Shown here: positions 19,903-31,530 of the stretch, piece after piece
Layout: the number at the start of each line of letters is the position of its first letter
Position numbering within the stretch: position 1 is the stretch's first letter
Made by a program: the position numbers and the translations under genes
Assembly (NCBI GenBank): GCA_002269645.1
Contig: NIVC01004760.1
Location: 1-35,729 of the forward strand
Reading direction: 5' to 3'
Source: Macrostomum lignano
Taxonomy: Eukaryota
Length of the DNA stretch: 35,729 nucleotides
The notes under the pieces: model-generated
What the model was told of the DNA's origin: nothing
Database searches by the model: none
Seen by the model: the letters and a program-made list of their open reading frames with translations, nothing else

Positions 19903-20772
19903 GGCTTTGGTATTAAATCATAGTAAGTTGACTATAGTATAGTCAAGTCAAGGCATAGGTTTATATATATATATATTATAGACTCTATCTTACATTATAG
20001 GTCCTAGCCATAGTCCTAGTTGTAATTGTAGTCACAATAGCCAATTTCCATATACTAAAAATGTTATATTATAACTTTATAAGTAAGATGAAGGCATCAG
20101 AGTTCAGTTGTTAAAGCAAAATTTATAGAAATGATAGGGGCCTAAAACAGGCAAGTAGTATTATTAGTATGATATAAGCATTTAACACATATTTAATAAA
20201 ACAGTTTTGTGTTTAAAAAGGATAAGTTTTCCTGGCATAACTTTCAAGACATGATTATATCAATTAATAATATAATTATTATATATCAAGAAGACAATTT
20301 CCGCGTAAAAAAGTCAGTCTTAAAAGGTTTTCTTAGAAACGAAGTTTTTCGTATATTTTTACGTAGCAAGAAAGCTAGAGTCAATTAGTAGTATCTAGTA
20401 TGAGATCATAAAATCGATGACCACTGTGATTGCTAAAATGCCTAGATAAGAGCCGTTGTAGACGATATGTACACATTTATGCATCCTCAGTGATGCATGA
20501 AACGTGTGATGGTTGTCTTAGAAAAATCTGCATTTCATTGGCGTGTCATGAAAATTAATATCAAATTACGTACATGTATGTAAATGTGGCGATGATCAAC
20601 AATCTGACACCGAGGTTTGTTTAGTAGACTGTACCGCTTACAGCAATCTGACGTCAGCGACGTTTGGCCGACGTTGTTAACGTCTATTATTGACGTCGAT
20701 GACAAATATATGTGCTTTTACATTACATCGATGGATAACGACGTCATATGCAGCTGAACCGTCGGTTGTAAT

Positions 20773-20811
20773 CACAGATACTAGAATAACTAGTTATTTT
20801 AGTATCTGTGG
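20773..20811. mobile_element. Collapsed 39-bp MITE (termini only) with perfect 8-bp TSD
   Basis: GTTGTAAT (20765-20772) | CACAGATACTAGAATAACTAG-TTATTTTTAGTATCTGTG | GTTGTAAT (20812-20819). Confidence 0.9.
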
Positions 20812-20897
20812 TTGTAATGAAAGTACACTCAGCATACGTACAGTGTAAATCTGCCGTTGGCGTCGATACCAAGGACAACTAAAGCAACGTATATACA

Positions 20898-22250
20898 GGA
20901 CGCGACACTCACGTTTCATGGAGAAAGTTTTTGAAGGCCACTTTTCGCCGAAAAATTCCTTTTCTTAGGAACTCCTGCCGAAGCTCGAGGCCGGAGCACG
21001 GCCATTCAGGCAGCGCCAGCGACCGATTCCCCTGCTGCTGAGGGACCATTCGCAACGACAAGATTGGCCAGATGCTTTCGCACGACATCATTAGCCGTCG
21101 AGCTCTCCATGGGCCACGGCATAGTCAAGAAGAAGAACGGAGACATCCGCATCTGCACTGACTGGCGCCAGCTGAATGCCGCTAGGGTCGAGGACGCCTA
21201 TAAATCCGCTCCCACACCTGCAACAAGTCCATGGACGCGCTCTTAGGCTGCTCTTGGTTTACGACAATCGATTGCAAGCAGTGTTTTAATAAAGTGGAAG
21301 TTGAGGAAGCCGACCGCTACAAGACGACGTTTTACTCTACCAGAGGATTCATGCAGTTCAAGAAAATGGGATTTGGAATGTGCAACTCGCCGGCTACGTT
21401 CCAACGGCTAATGGAGCTGATCATGTCTGGCCTCGCGTGGGAGGAGGTCCTGGTCTACATGGATGATCTAATAGTATTCAGCAAGAGCTTTGACCAGCAT
21501 CTAGTCAGTCTACGCCGGGTTTTTGAACGGTTTCAAAGCGCTGAACAAGGCCGGTGAACAAGCTAAACAAGGAGAAGTCCGTGTTTGCATACCGTAGTGT
21601 CAAGTACCTGGGCCATCTTGTCAGCAGCAAAGGAGGCCAGTCCCCAGTAAAGTGGAAGGGAAGCTTTATCGAAGACTCAGACGCCGAGCTCAGCTGAGGA
21701 AGTGAGGCGATTCATCGGCATGCTGGGATTTTACCGGTGATTCATCCACGACTTCAGCAGGATAGCTGCGCCTCTGCATGCAGCTACGCAAAAAACCGGC
21801 TTCACCTGGACGGATGAGTGTGAGCATGCTTTCACCGAACTAGAGGAAAGGATCTGCCAGGCTCCCGTGCTTAGGCTACCAGCAGATCTTTATAGCCGGC
21901 CCTTCATCCTGAGTTGCGATGCAAGCGCATTTGCAATCTGTGCGGTTCTCATGCAGTCAGGCGCACAGAGATGCGGAACTGCCGGTTGCTTTCGCCTCAA
22001 GGACCCTGAATAAGACAGAAAGGAACTATATTCAGCTACCAACAGAGAACTGCTCGCCTTAGTATGGAGCCTAAAACATTTCAAGTCGTACGTGTGTAAC
22101 GTGAAGCACTTTACCGCGTTCACCGATCATCAGCCACTGAAGGGCCTGCTGCAGACTAAGGAACCTGAAGGGCGTCTGGCGCGCTGGCTTGACACGATTC
22201 AGCAGTTCAACTTTACGCTCTGCTGTCGGCCTGTTCGAGAAAATGTCGTC
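20898..22250 (+). mobile_element. Degenerate Ty3/gypsy retrotransposon: gag start fused to RT and RNase H
   Basis: VKKKNGDIRICTDWRQLN, FTTIDCKQCF, MGFGMCNSPATFQR, YMDD, KYLGH, EVRRFIGMLGFYR, FILSCDAS, ERNYSATNRELLALVW, FTDHQPL motifs, with stops and frameshifts. Confidence 0.93.
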
Positions 22251-22329
22251 CGGACATGCTGAGTCGAACCGCCACCACCCAGCTCGACAGCAGCAGGGAT
22301 CAATTGACTTCCTGGAGGAACAGCAACCC

Positions 22330-23105
22330 GATGCACTTAATTCTGCAGAGTGTCTTCAAGGCGCTCTCCGAGCACCTTGTCCAAGAGCGGTCGACAGAAG
22401 TTCGAGAAGTTTTTGGTGGACGGCGGAATTGAGATCGGACCACATGGCGCACTGGTCAGGCAAGGAAACTCCGTTAACCGTGAAGACCATAGGCAAACTT
22501 GCGGGCGTGTTCTTGCTCATCACCAGCTCCAGTCTGGTGGCTCTCTCGATCAGCGTGCCCAGTGTTCATGTATCCGAGTCGCTCTCCTTGAGCAGGGCTT
22601 CGGGTATCCCTGCGCTTAATAGATGGATAATTCTGAACTTGACGTCCCGATCGCGGAGCGTTGGTGGGTCATCCGGGCGGGCTCCCATGTACAGCAGCCT
22701 GAGAGCGAACAAGAGCTTCCTGATTGACTCGCCATTCTTGCGTTGTCGACTTTGGAACTCCTGCGTGGCGATAGCGCGGTGCTGATTCGCAGAACCGCCG
22801 TACTGCTCGGGAAAAAGTACTTTGATTTTCTCATAACTTTTTTTCTCAGCATCTGCATGGCATGTCCCAAACACAGACCTGGGCCTCCCTCTCAGCAGGA
22901 GCCTCACTTTGGAGGAACACTTTGCATCGTACCAATTATTGTTTTCGACGAAGTCTTCAAAGATGCTCAGCCAAAAGTGCACGTTTGATTGGCCGCTAAA
23001 TTGGGCGGTAGCAAACTGGCGTCGTTATCCCTATCTCCGTAATGTATTTTTTGGCGAAAAGTGGCCTTCAAAACAATTTTTCCATAGACGTCGAGTGTTG
23101 CGTCC
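22330..23105 (-). mobile_element. Degenerate Ty3/gypsy gag (capsid-like) fragment
   Basis: HFWLSIFEDFVENNNW...KVRLLLRG...EKIKVLF...QEFQSRQRKNGESIRKLLFALRLL resembles retrotransposon gag. Its 5' end (23046-23105) is an inverted copy of 20898-20955. Confidence 0.75.
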
Positions 23106-23949
23106 TTCTACTTTAGTATTCCTTGTAAAGTAATATTAAAAAAGCAAGAAAGATAGATTCTGCAGTTTTGTAATTTTCATTTCGAATAAATTTCTATTAC
23201 CAATAAGTGAATCGTTTGTTTGTTTATTTAATAATAACAATAATACGTGAATTAGAAACAACCCAGTAGACGCGCATAGTGAACATAATGATCACGGAAA
23301 GCTGTTTGTGAATGCATGTACATGCACGTAGACGTTAGTACACAACCGAAAAATCAAATAAACAGTAGGTGGCAGCACACAGCCAGTGATTTTTATACGA
23401 TTTTTACTCGTAATTGTAAACTGTATAAGCTTGACTATAACTGCTCTCTCTACAAGTTAAGTAAGTAAAGCTATATGCACATGCATATTTAGAACAGAAT
23501 CCATTATGTATGAAAATAATGAAAAATGAAAAAACTGTAACTCCGGTCACATAAGGTCTTTTAATGTGAAAATATTTAGGAAATGGTTAAAAGTGACCCA
23601 TATATAAAGCTATTTTTCTGTTTGACGCAAAGTGCAATTCAAGTAGTTGATGAATGAAGTTTATGGTTTACATTGAGCACACGCGATTATGTGGCTTGAA
23701 ACCGATTTCTATTTTGAAACAGTTTTATGAAAACAAGATTCTAAACTTTTTGGGTGCGATTGAAAATATATTTTTTAAAATGACACGGAGACTCGAAAAA
23801 GTGAAATTAGCGTCTAAAAAGTGCTGTCTTACACAAAATGGAATGCATTACAAACCGTTTTAGGCAAAAGCGCCTCAAAAAATAAGAAAAGTGCAGGAAG
23901 TGACAAGCGAATTAGCACGGCAAAGGTCCATTTATAAACACAAGACTAG

Positions 23950-24225
23950 CTAACTGTCAAACTGGCTTCTGATTGGCTGTTCAATCAAACTTTGCCTGAC
24001 TGCTTCTTATTGGCTGTTAAATCCACCTTTGCACCGACTGGCTTTTCATTGGCTGATTAATCACCAACCTTTGCCCTGGCTGGTTTCTAATTGGCTGATT
24101 AATAACCAACCTCTGCCCTGACTGGCTTCTGATTGGCTGATCAATAACCAACCTCTGCCTTACTAGTTTCTGATTGGGTGCTCAGTTACCAACTCCACCT
24201 TAACCGCATGTCTTTTGATTGGCCA
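23950..24225. repeat. Degenerate ~38-42-bp tandem repeat with one ATTGG per unit
   Basis: Seven units of the form ctggcttctgATTGGctg...accaacct(t/c)tgccc. Confidence 0.8.
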
Positions 24226-24729
24226 AGAGAGTAATCAGCAAAAGCGATAAAAACCTTCAAAAATGACTTATCATTCTCGAACAAGTGCGAAAGATTTTTA
24301 TAACGATGGCAAACGAGCAAAAAAGAAACACTAGCCAAAAAAGTAAAAAAACCTATTTAACAACAAAGACAAAAACGACAAAACTAATACGGTGAATAAA
24401 AAATAACTCAGGAACACTGACTGATTTGTGTGGCTCGACTTGCTTAACTCTGCAAAACAAACAGAGATTCAATTAGTAAAGCAAATTGAGCGCAAGAAAA
24501 GCATAAGAAGCATAAAAAATGTACCAAAGTCACGAGTGAATTATGTAGTCCACAGAGAAACACGTATATAAGTAGTTCCACAACCTTTTATCGATAACAA
24601 TGGGTTCGCGAACACAAGTCTGATATCGCAACAATGAATAATATTGATTTATGACTTCTTATTTTTCCTATTAAAAATTGTTCAAAAAGGCAACTCAATT
24701 CGTTAAAGTAAAGTATAGGAGACACAGAG

Positions 24730-25173
24730 CACAGATACGAGAATAACTAGATGGGCCACTAAGCACATTTGCGTGTAAGCTACTTTCAGTTCAGTAGTAA
24801 GTCGAACAGAAGAATTTTAGAGCATTTTTAAAGCCAAGGCTGATTTATTGGCTCTTACCCCCCCCAGCTTAAACCCTCCGAACGCGCCTTTCCACACTAC
24901 CCTCCCCCGCCCCGCCACAATTTTTATTGCCTTTCTCGGAATTCCAGCCTAAAGCTGCATGTACATTTCAGTGGACTGGCTAATGTACATTGCTGCTGAA
25001 CCAATTAGCAAGTTGATTATGCCTGCAAGCTTGGGCTTCTAAACTTATCGAAGTCATTTTCTTTTTTATAAAATAGCTTATGTATTCTTCTTTGCTACTG
25101 AACTGAAAGTAGAAAGCTGTTTTACTAAGGATATATATGCCTAAGTGGCCATCTAGTTAGTTTAGTATCTGTG
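24730..25173. mobile_element. hAT-type MITE, copy 3
   Basis: Both TIRs present; flanks acacagag / acccagaa (6 of 8 match). Confidence 0.85.
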
Positions 25174-25394
25174 ACCCAGAATGAGAAAATGGAGTAGCCA
25201 GCTCTTCTTCCAAAAACCCTCCATTTCAGACAGTGCAGGCTGATTGTTGCAGTTGTTCAGTTTTTTACGTTAAAAGTTGTGATAGAAAACAAATAATCGC
25301 GTCTTTTGTGTACAAACAGAAAAACTGCAGTCAGCAAACACTCAGCCAACATTAGAACTCCTCTGTGAACTCCACTGCACCCTCTTCTTCCGGC

Positions 25395-28300
25395 TCAGCT
25401 TTCCAGTGAATCCGCAGGCGCCCTGCCGCCGCCGCCGCCACTTCCGGGCCGGATTCGACCTGCTTTGGCGTCGCTAACGGCGCCCCAGAAGTCGAAGACG
25501 AGGCCATCCGGGAAGGCGAACTCGCCGAGGTCGCGATCCACCATCAGAGCGAATTCGTGCGGATTCCCGGCCACCTGGCCGATCTCCCAGATGCTCTGGG
25601 CGAGCTCGGCGTCCGAGATGCCTAACAAGCCTTCGATTAGACGATTAATGGCCTCGATGGCCGCGGCGGCCGCCTGATCCGGGGCCTGGATACAGAGCCA
25701 GTGCGGATTAGAGACGGATTAGCTTTGATTTGGCCTTTCTGGTTACTAACTATAGTATCTAGCTGGGAAATTTTCAGTAAATATGGTCTATCATGCCGTC
25801 TGTTGCTTAATTTGTTAGTCGGGTAACTTGTTGCTAATTAGTTGGCCAGGTAGCTTGTTTTCTAATTAGTTGGCCAGGTACTTTGTTGTCTAATTAGTTG
25901 GCCAGGTAGTTTGTTGTCTAATTAGTTGGCCAGGTAGTTTGTAGTCTAATTAGTTGGCCGGATAATTTGTTGTCTAATTAGTTTGCGAGGTAGTTTGTGG
26001 TCTAATTAGTTGGCCAGGTAGTTTGTAGTCTAATTAGTGGGCCAGATAATTTGTTGTCTAATTAGTTTGCGAGGTAGTTTGTTGTCTAATTAGTTGGGCA
26101 GATAGTTTGTTGCCTAATTATTGGCCAGGTGTTTTATCGCCTACACGCAGTAATTATTCAAATAATGTTGCTTATTGCAGAAGCTGTGTAAGTTCAGATA
26201 GAATCAACTAATTAGTTTTTTTACTGCCAACAGCCTACATGTATACAATATAAGAAGGCTTTCAGGATTATCTATTCACACAGTCTAATTTTGGTCACTT
26301 CTCTGATTTCCATAACAAAAAATTAACCTCGCTAACATCTTCCTCGCCGCCGCCGCCGCCGCCACCCCGCGCCTTCAGGCGAATAGTCTTCTTCCCGCTA
26401 CCGAGTCCGCCGCCCCCGCCGCCGCCACCCGCTGGGTGACCGCGGGAGCCGGAGCGCGGATTCAAATTAGCGTATGGCGACTTCTCCGGCGAAACTAAGC
26501 GCAGCACGAATGTGGTTCCTCTGGGAATTTCTTTTAGACGCTTAGCAACGTCAAAGTGACGCTTACCTGCGATGCGGAAGAAACAGTGGACCAATGCATA
26601 AGAGGAATTTTATAAATTTACACACGTAACCACAGCTACTAGAATAAGATAGATGGGCCACTCAGCCCATTTGCGTATAAACTACTTTCTGTTCAGTAGT
26701 AAGTTAAACAGAAGCATTTTAATGTATTTTTATGACAAGGCTCATTTATGTGCTCTTACCCACAAGCTTAAACCCTCCAACCGCGCCTTCCACACACCCC
26801 CCGCCCCGCCCCAGTTTTTATTGCCTTTCTCGAAACTGCAGCCTAAAGCTGCCATGTACATTTCAGTGGACTGGCTAATGTACATTACTGCTGAACCAAT
26901 TAGCAAGTTGTTTGCGCCTGCAAGCTTGGCTTCTAAACTTATCAGTCATTTCAGCTACCTTTATTTTTATAAAATGTTTATGCACTCTTCTTTGCCACTG
27001 AGCTGAAAGTAGAAAGCTGTTTTCTAAGTATTTATGCCTGAGTGGCCCATCTAGTCATTCTAGTATCTGTGGGTTAAGCCCTCAAACCGCGTCTTTCCAC
27101 ACAAAAACCACCCCCGCCGCCACCCAATTTTTATTGCCTTCTTCATTCAATGTTCCAGCCTAAAGCTAGCATGTACATTTCATTGGCGCTGGCTAATGTA
27201 CATTGTCATTATGGCTGAACCAATTAGAAGGTTGTGTAAATCTACAAGCTTCGCTGGCTTCTAAATATCTAGTTATTCTAGTATCTGGCTTCTAAACTTA
27301 TACAAGTCATTCCAACAGGCAGTTAGAATATTTATCTGTGATGTGTAGTAAAAAAAACCTCTTACCAACGAAATTTTCGCCGTCAATTTTCTCAATGTGA
27401 TCCCCGGGCTGGATGTGGTCAATTCTGTCAATTATGGAGCCAGCCTTGATTCGCTTGATGAAAGCATAACCAGCGCCATTGTCGGTGATGGTGAGGCCGA
27501 GGGCGTCCTCCGACTTTTCTACTTCAATCTCCTTTTTCTGGCCTTTAATGTGGGCAAATAGGAAATCGTCTAGTCCAATTTGGCCACCCAGTAGGTGCTC
27601 CATCTCGATCTTGTGCGTGTTCAGAGTGCAGAAGATGATCTAGGAGAATAAAAGGGCTAAAGGCTAGAAATATTTTTCTAATTGTATCACATACTGGCAC
27701 TGCTGAGTAAATTCTAAATCAATTTAAAGTAAAAGAGGAAAACTAAAAGCATAAACATTCTATTAGTTCTATATTTATAGCCACCAGGAAGGACCAAACT
27801 AGTATAACTACTAAATGTATACTAATCATATACTTACAGTAGAAACCATATAATATATTATACCATTATAAAAAGAATATGAATAATTTCTTCAATATAT
27901 AACTTAGTCAAATTACAAATATAGAAAAATTTTATATGGAAAAAAAAATACAATAAGAATACAAAGCAATGTCCTATTGATGATAGTTCTAAGGTAATGT
28001 ATTATTGATAAACCCTTAGTTCTCATATTATTTATAATATAATAAACTTGAATACTTTGTGCCTAAAAATATGACAACTTTAAAAAGCTCATGGACATTA
28101 CTTTTTTAGGTTCTACATACTTCAAGTTTGAGAGAGTATAATACTATGACTACTTGTTGATTTGTTTCAATAAATATAGTCACTATGATTTTATACATAA
28201 ATAGATCAATTAATATAAAGGCCAATTTATAGAATCTTGTCACTTGGACTAATATAAATAAGACTTGCATAACAAAAATAAACACTAGCAATAAGATAAA

Positions 28301-28935
28301 CAAATTATTCAAGATAAAAATAAAATGTATCTCTGTATTTGCTTTTCATTTTATAATAATACTATATATTATATGAGATAATAGCTGTTAGTTTGTAATA
28401 AAACCAAAAACAAGCAATATGTTATTACAGAATCGAAAATAGCTAAAATCGTTAAAGTCTAACTGAAAAATGCAATATTTTATTTAGACTTCTTTGGTTA
28501 CAAGATAATAAATGAAATAAAGGCTTATAAAATATCTAAAACCATATTATTACTACAGGTCAAAATAAGATAAAACAAGTGATAGTTCTTAGAACTAGTA
28601 TGAACATAGCATAATAACACTGAAATTAAAATAATTTCATGAAGGCTTACATCTGATGACTCAATATTGTAGCACTCTGCAATCTTAGCATAAAGTTCCT
28701 TGACATTAGTGAATCCACTAATTATTCCAGTTGGGCTGCCATGAGCCAATTGGCAATGAAAATTGTACTTTGGGCGAGGTGGATCATAGTATTCTTGATT
28801 TTTACTTTTAGATGGTGAAGTAGGACCATGACCATGATTATGATTGCTGTTTTGGGATGTAGATTTTGTTGGAGAAGTTTGATGGCTTGGACTCTCTTGA
28901 GTAATTTCCCTCTTTTTCTTTCCAAAGAGAGGCAT
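25395..28935 (-). CDS. GIPC: GIPC PDZ-domain adaptor; exons 28935-28651, 27639-27366, 26566-26328, 25685-25395 (362 aa)
   Basis: [35 protein letters not shown] (GH1), [19 protein letters not shown] (PDZ), [22 protein letters not shown] (GH2). All introns GT-AG and phase-compatible; total 1089 nt. Confidence 0.95.
25830..26130. repeat. Minisatellite, ~28-bp unit (ctaattagttggccaggtagtttgttgt), in GIPC intron 3
   Basis: About 10 imperfect tandem units. Confidence 0.9.
26631..27300. mobile_element. hAT-type MITE copy 4 (26631-27071) plus adjacent partial copy, in GIPC intron 2
   Basis: Full TIR-bounded copy followed by a second, rearranged internal segment (27072-27300). Confidence 0.85.
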
Positions 28936-29477
28936 TGCGTGCGTATGCTTTATTAAAATATATCAACCAAGTTGCATACAACTAGGAGCATAAACAAAAG
29001 CCAAAGCAACAAGATCAGATGAAGCTGCTGCTGATCTTCGCAAACTTCCGTCCGGTGGACGTTCGATAATAGAAATTGGCATTCAAATTGTACAATATTT
29101 TTTTCGCATTTTGAAAACAACAGCGTATGTTTTAGCAGAAAAAACTTTCTTCTACTTAAAAAACAAAAGAAACCATTAGTGACTTTACTATTTGTTCAAT
29201 AACTGAGATATAGCTAAAGTAGAATTTGCTTAAATGCTTAGTTCCAAAACAAAAAAAAAATTCAGTTTACAATACTATTCGTTAATTTTCACGTAGGACG
29301 TGAAGCGTCTACAGGCTTTAAGCTTGTCTCAGTTGTCTCACTTGTCTGCAATATATACATGTAGCTTTTCTGTTTGAAAGCTGTAAAATTAGTTATATTA
29401 AATACAATCTATATCTGCAGAGATAACAGGTGACAGCTCGAAGCTCGTAGATTATTATAAATTTGTATACAGTTTTA

Positions 29478-30087
29478 ATGGCTTACGAAAGGAAGAAGGA
29501 TGGAACAAAGTTAGATGCAAATTATGAGTACATTCTTGTACATGAGGAGGAAGAGTGCGACAGCGACTCATCAGACACATTTTTTAATGGACCTAAATTA
29601 AAGAAAGGACAGCGTGGATTCAAAGAATTGTAAGTATTTTGTGTCTTATGATAATTTTGAGATCAGTTTTGATTGATTGTTCAAGTTTTGTTTCATGCAA
29701 TACAGTACACAGAAATAATTCTTAAATATTCACGATTATGTACCAAATCATTTCGGTTTTGCAGCAGTCCTCGTGTTCAAGTGGCTCTGTGCATCATTTT
29801 AATTTTAGCAGTGATTCTGTTTGTCTTTGTGATCTACAACTTTCTGTCCTTCATAATTTCACTTCAAAATGCAATGCATAAATTGCAAGAGAAAATCCCA
29901 TTGAGTAAGTGAATATCATGATTATTATTAAGAATATTACTTGCCCTTTTATTTCCAATCAACCTAAATTTTTACTTTTAACATTTCAGTTTGCAAGACT
30001 GCTCATGCCTTAAATAGCAAATTGGCTCATGGCTTAAAATTCTGCCCAAATTCTACAGCCACTCTTCCAGCCAACATTACTGCCTAA
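29478..30087 (+). CDS. Predicted single-pass type II membrane protein, 129 aa; exons 29478-29629, 29765-29904, 29990-30087
   Basis: Hand-assembled: GTAAGT donors at 29630 and 29905, tttgcag and tttcag acceptors, phases 2 and 1 compatible, 390 nt open. One long hydrophobic helix VALCIILILAVILFVFVIYNFLSFIISL. Confidence 0.7.
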
Positions 30088-31530
30088 GGAAAAGCCTATT
30101 TGCAATTCAACACGACAATTGGTTCACTCTGTCTTTTAATGACCAAACTTTGTATACTGGATTAATTCTATTTTAATTTAGCAACATTGTTTTGTAAATT
30201 ATTTTTCATAAGTTTTTATACTGTTTCTATACCATTATGTATATGCCAGTGATGATCTTTAGTTTTATAGCAACGTGTGATTGTGAATGCATCCTTTAGT
30301 GTATATATCATTAATTATATCTATGAAGTATGAAGCTCGCGTGGTCACACTCATTTACATTATTGTTGATAACTTCATCTTATAGGATGAAGCCTTCTCC
30401 AATGCTAATAAACATTTAAATGATAACAATACTGTCACTGTATAAATTAGTTAATTAATAATGCTTCGCTGTTCTATACAAAATATAATAAACAACCGAC
30501 ACAGATAAAGTTTCTATTTATTCAAAACATGTTTTCTTAGCTCGCACACATGAAACAAGCCCGTCAATTGAACTTTCCGATACCAAGCCAATCATTTATT
30601 TTTTATAGCTAACGTTTTTTATTTTTCTTCGATCTGATAAAAAAAGAGTCAAGCCACACAAGCAAAAGCAGAAGGCACTTGTACACCACCAAGCTGCTCA
30701 ACTGCAGTCTTACAGAATTTGAAAGCAAAAATATACACCAAATAGCAATCCTCTCAGAGTGGAAAGCAAAGGTAGAAAAACACTACTAATAAGGCACAAA
30801 AACTACAAATTAAAAACTAAACTAATGGGCAAAAATAAAATATAGTAAAAAGTATTGAGTTCGAAACAGAACGAGCATAATTTTGATTTATGATACGAAT
30901 AAAAAAACTGGTTGCTGGCAGACAGCTTGAAAACACTTTGCGATGGTTGCCAAAAGGGCATACAGAAAACAAAAGGACACAGTGACATTTTGTACAAAAA
31001 CATATCGGTGCACTGAAGGCACTCGTCTATAGTGTACCATCAATTTACTATGAATGGAAAGTGTGATAAAAAATAAAAACACTCTAGCTACTCGATATTT
31101 GTACTTTTAAAAAGTATGGCACCGATTTAAATACAATAATTATTTCGATGATTAGTTATGCCTTAATAGCAACAGCTCTAACAAGATGGAGCCTACTTAA
31201 ACACTCACTTATATCATTAACTATATTGATGTGAGAAATATGATGAGCAGCTCTTTTTAAAGGAGAAAAGCTTTACCGACTGACAATCCACAACAAATAC
31301 AGATTTGAGTTTATAGCAGTTTTTTTAAAGCAATTATCACTTTTTAAAGCAACAAGCCGTAACAGTGGCTTTCATGATAAGGTAAATCACAGAGGAAAGC
31401 CAGCAAGGCACATTCAAGTGAACTACAGTAGTTTATGTACACATACATATGAGCGTAGGGTCAGTTTAACTTGTATATTTCACTTTTCGAAAACTGCTTT
31501 TTGCTCGCGCTGAAGTTTTGAAAGCTGTAG

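Noticed and set aside
26653-27006. ORFs containing [19 protein letters not shown] (also 33594-33824)
   Set aside because: They lie inside MITE copies; the recurrence reflects DNA repeat identity, and other copies are interrupted.
30076-30087. C-terminal ITA of the small membrane protein as a ligand for the neighbouring GIPC PDZ domain
   Set aside because: Charge distribution and sequons place the C-terminus in the lumen, out of reach of GIPC.
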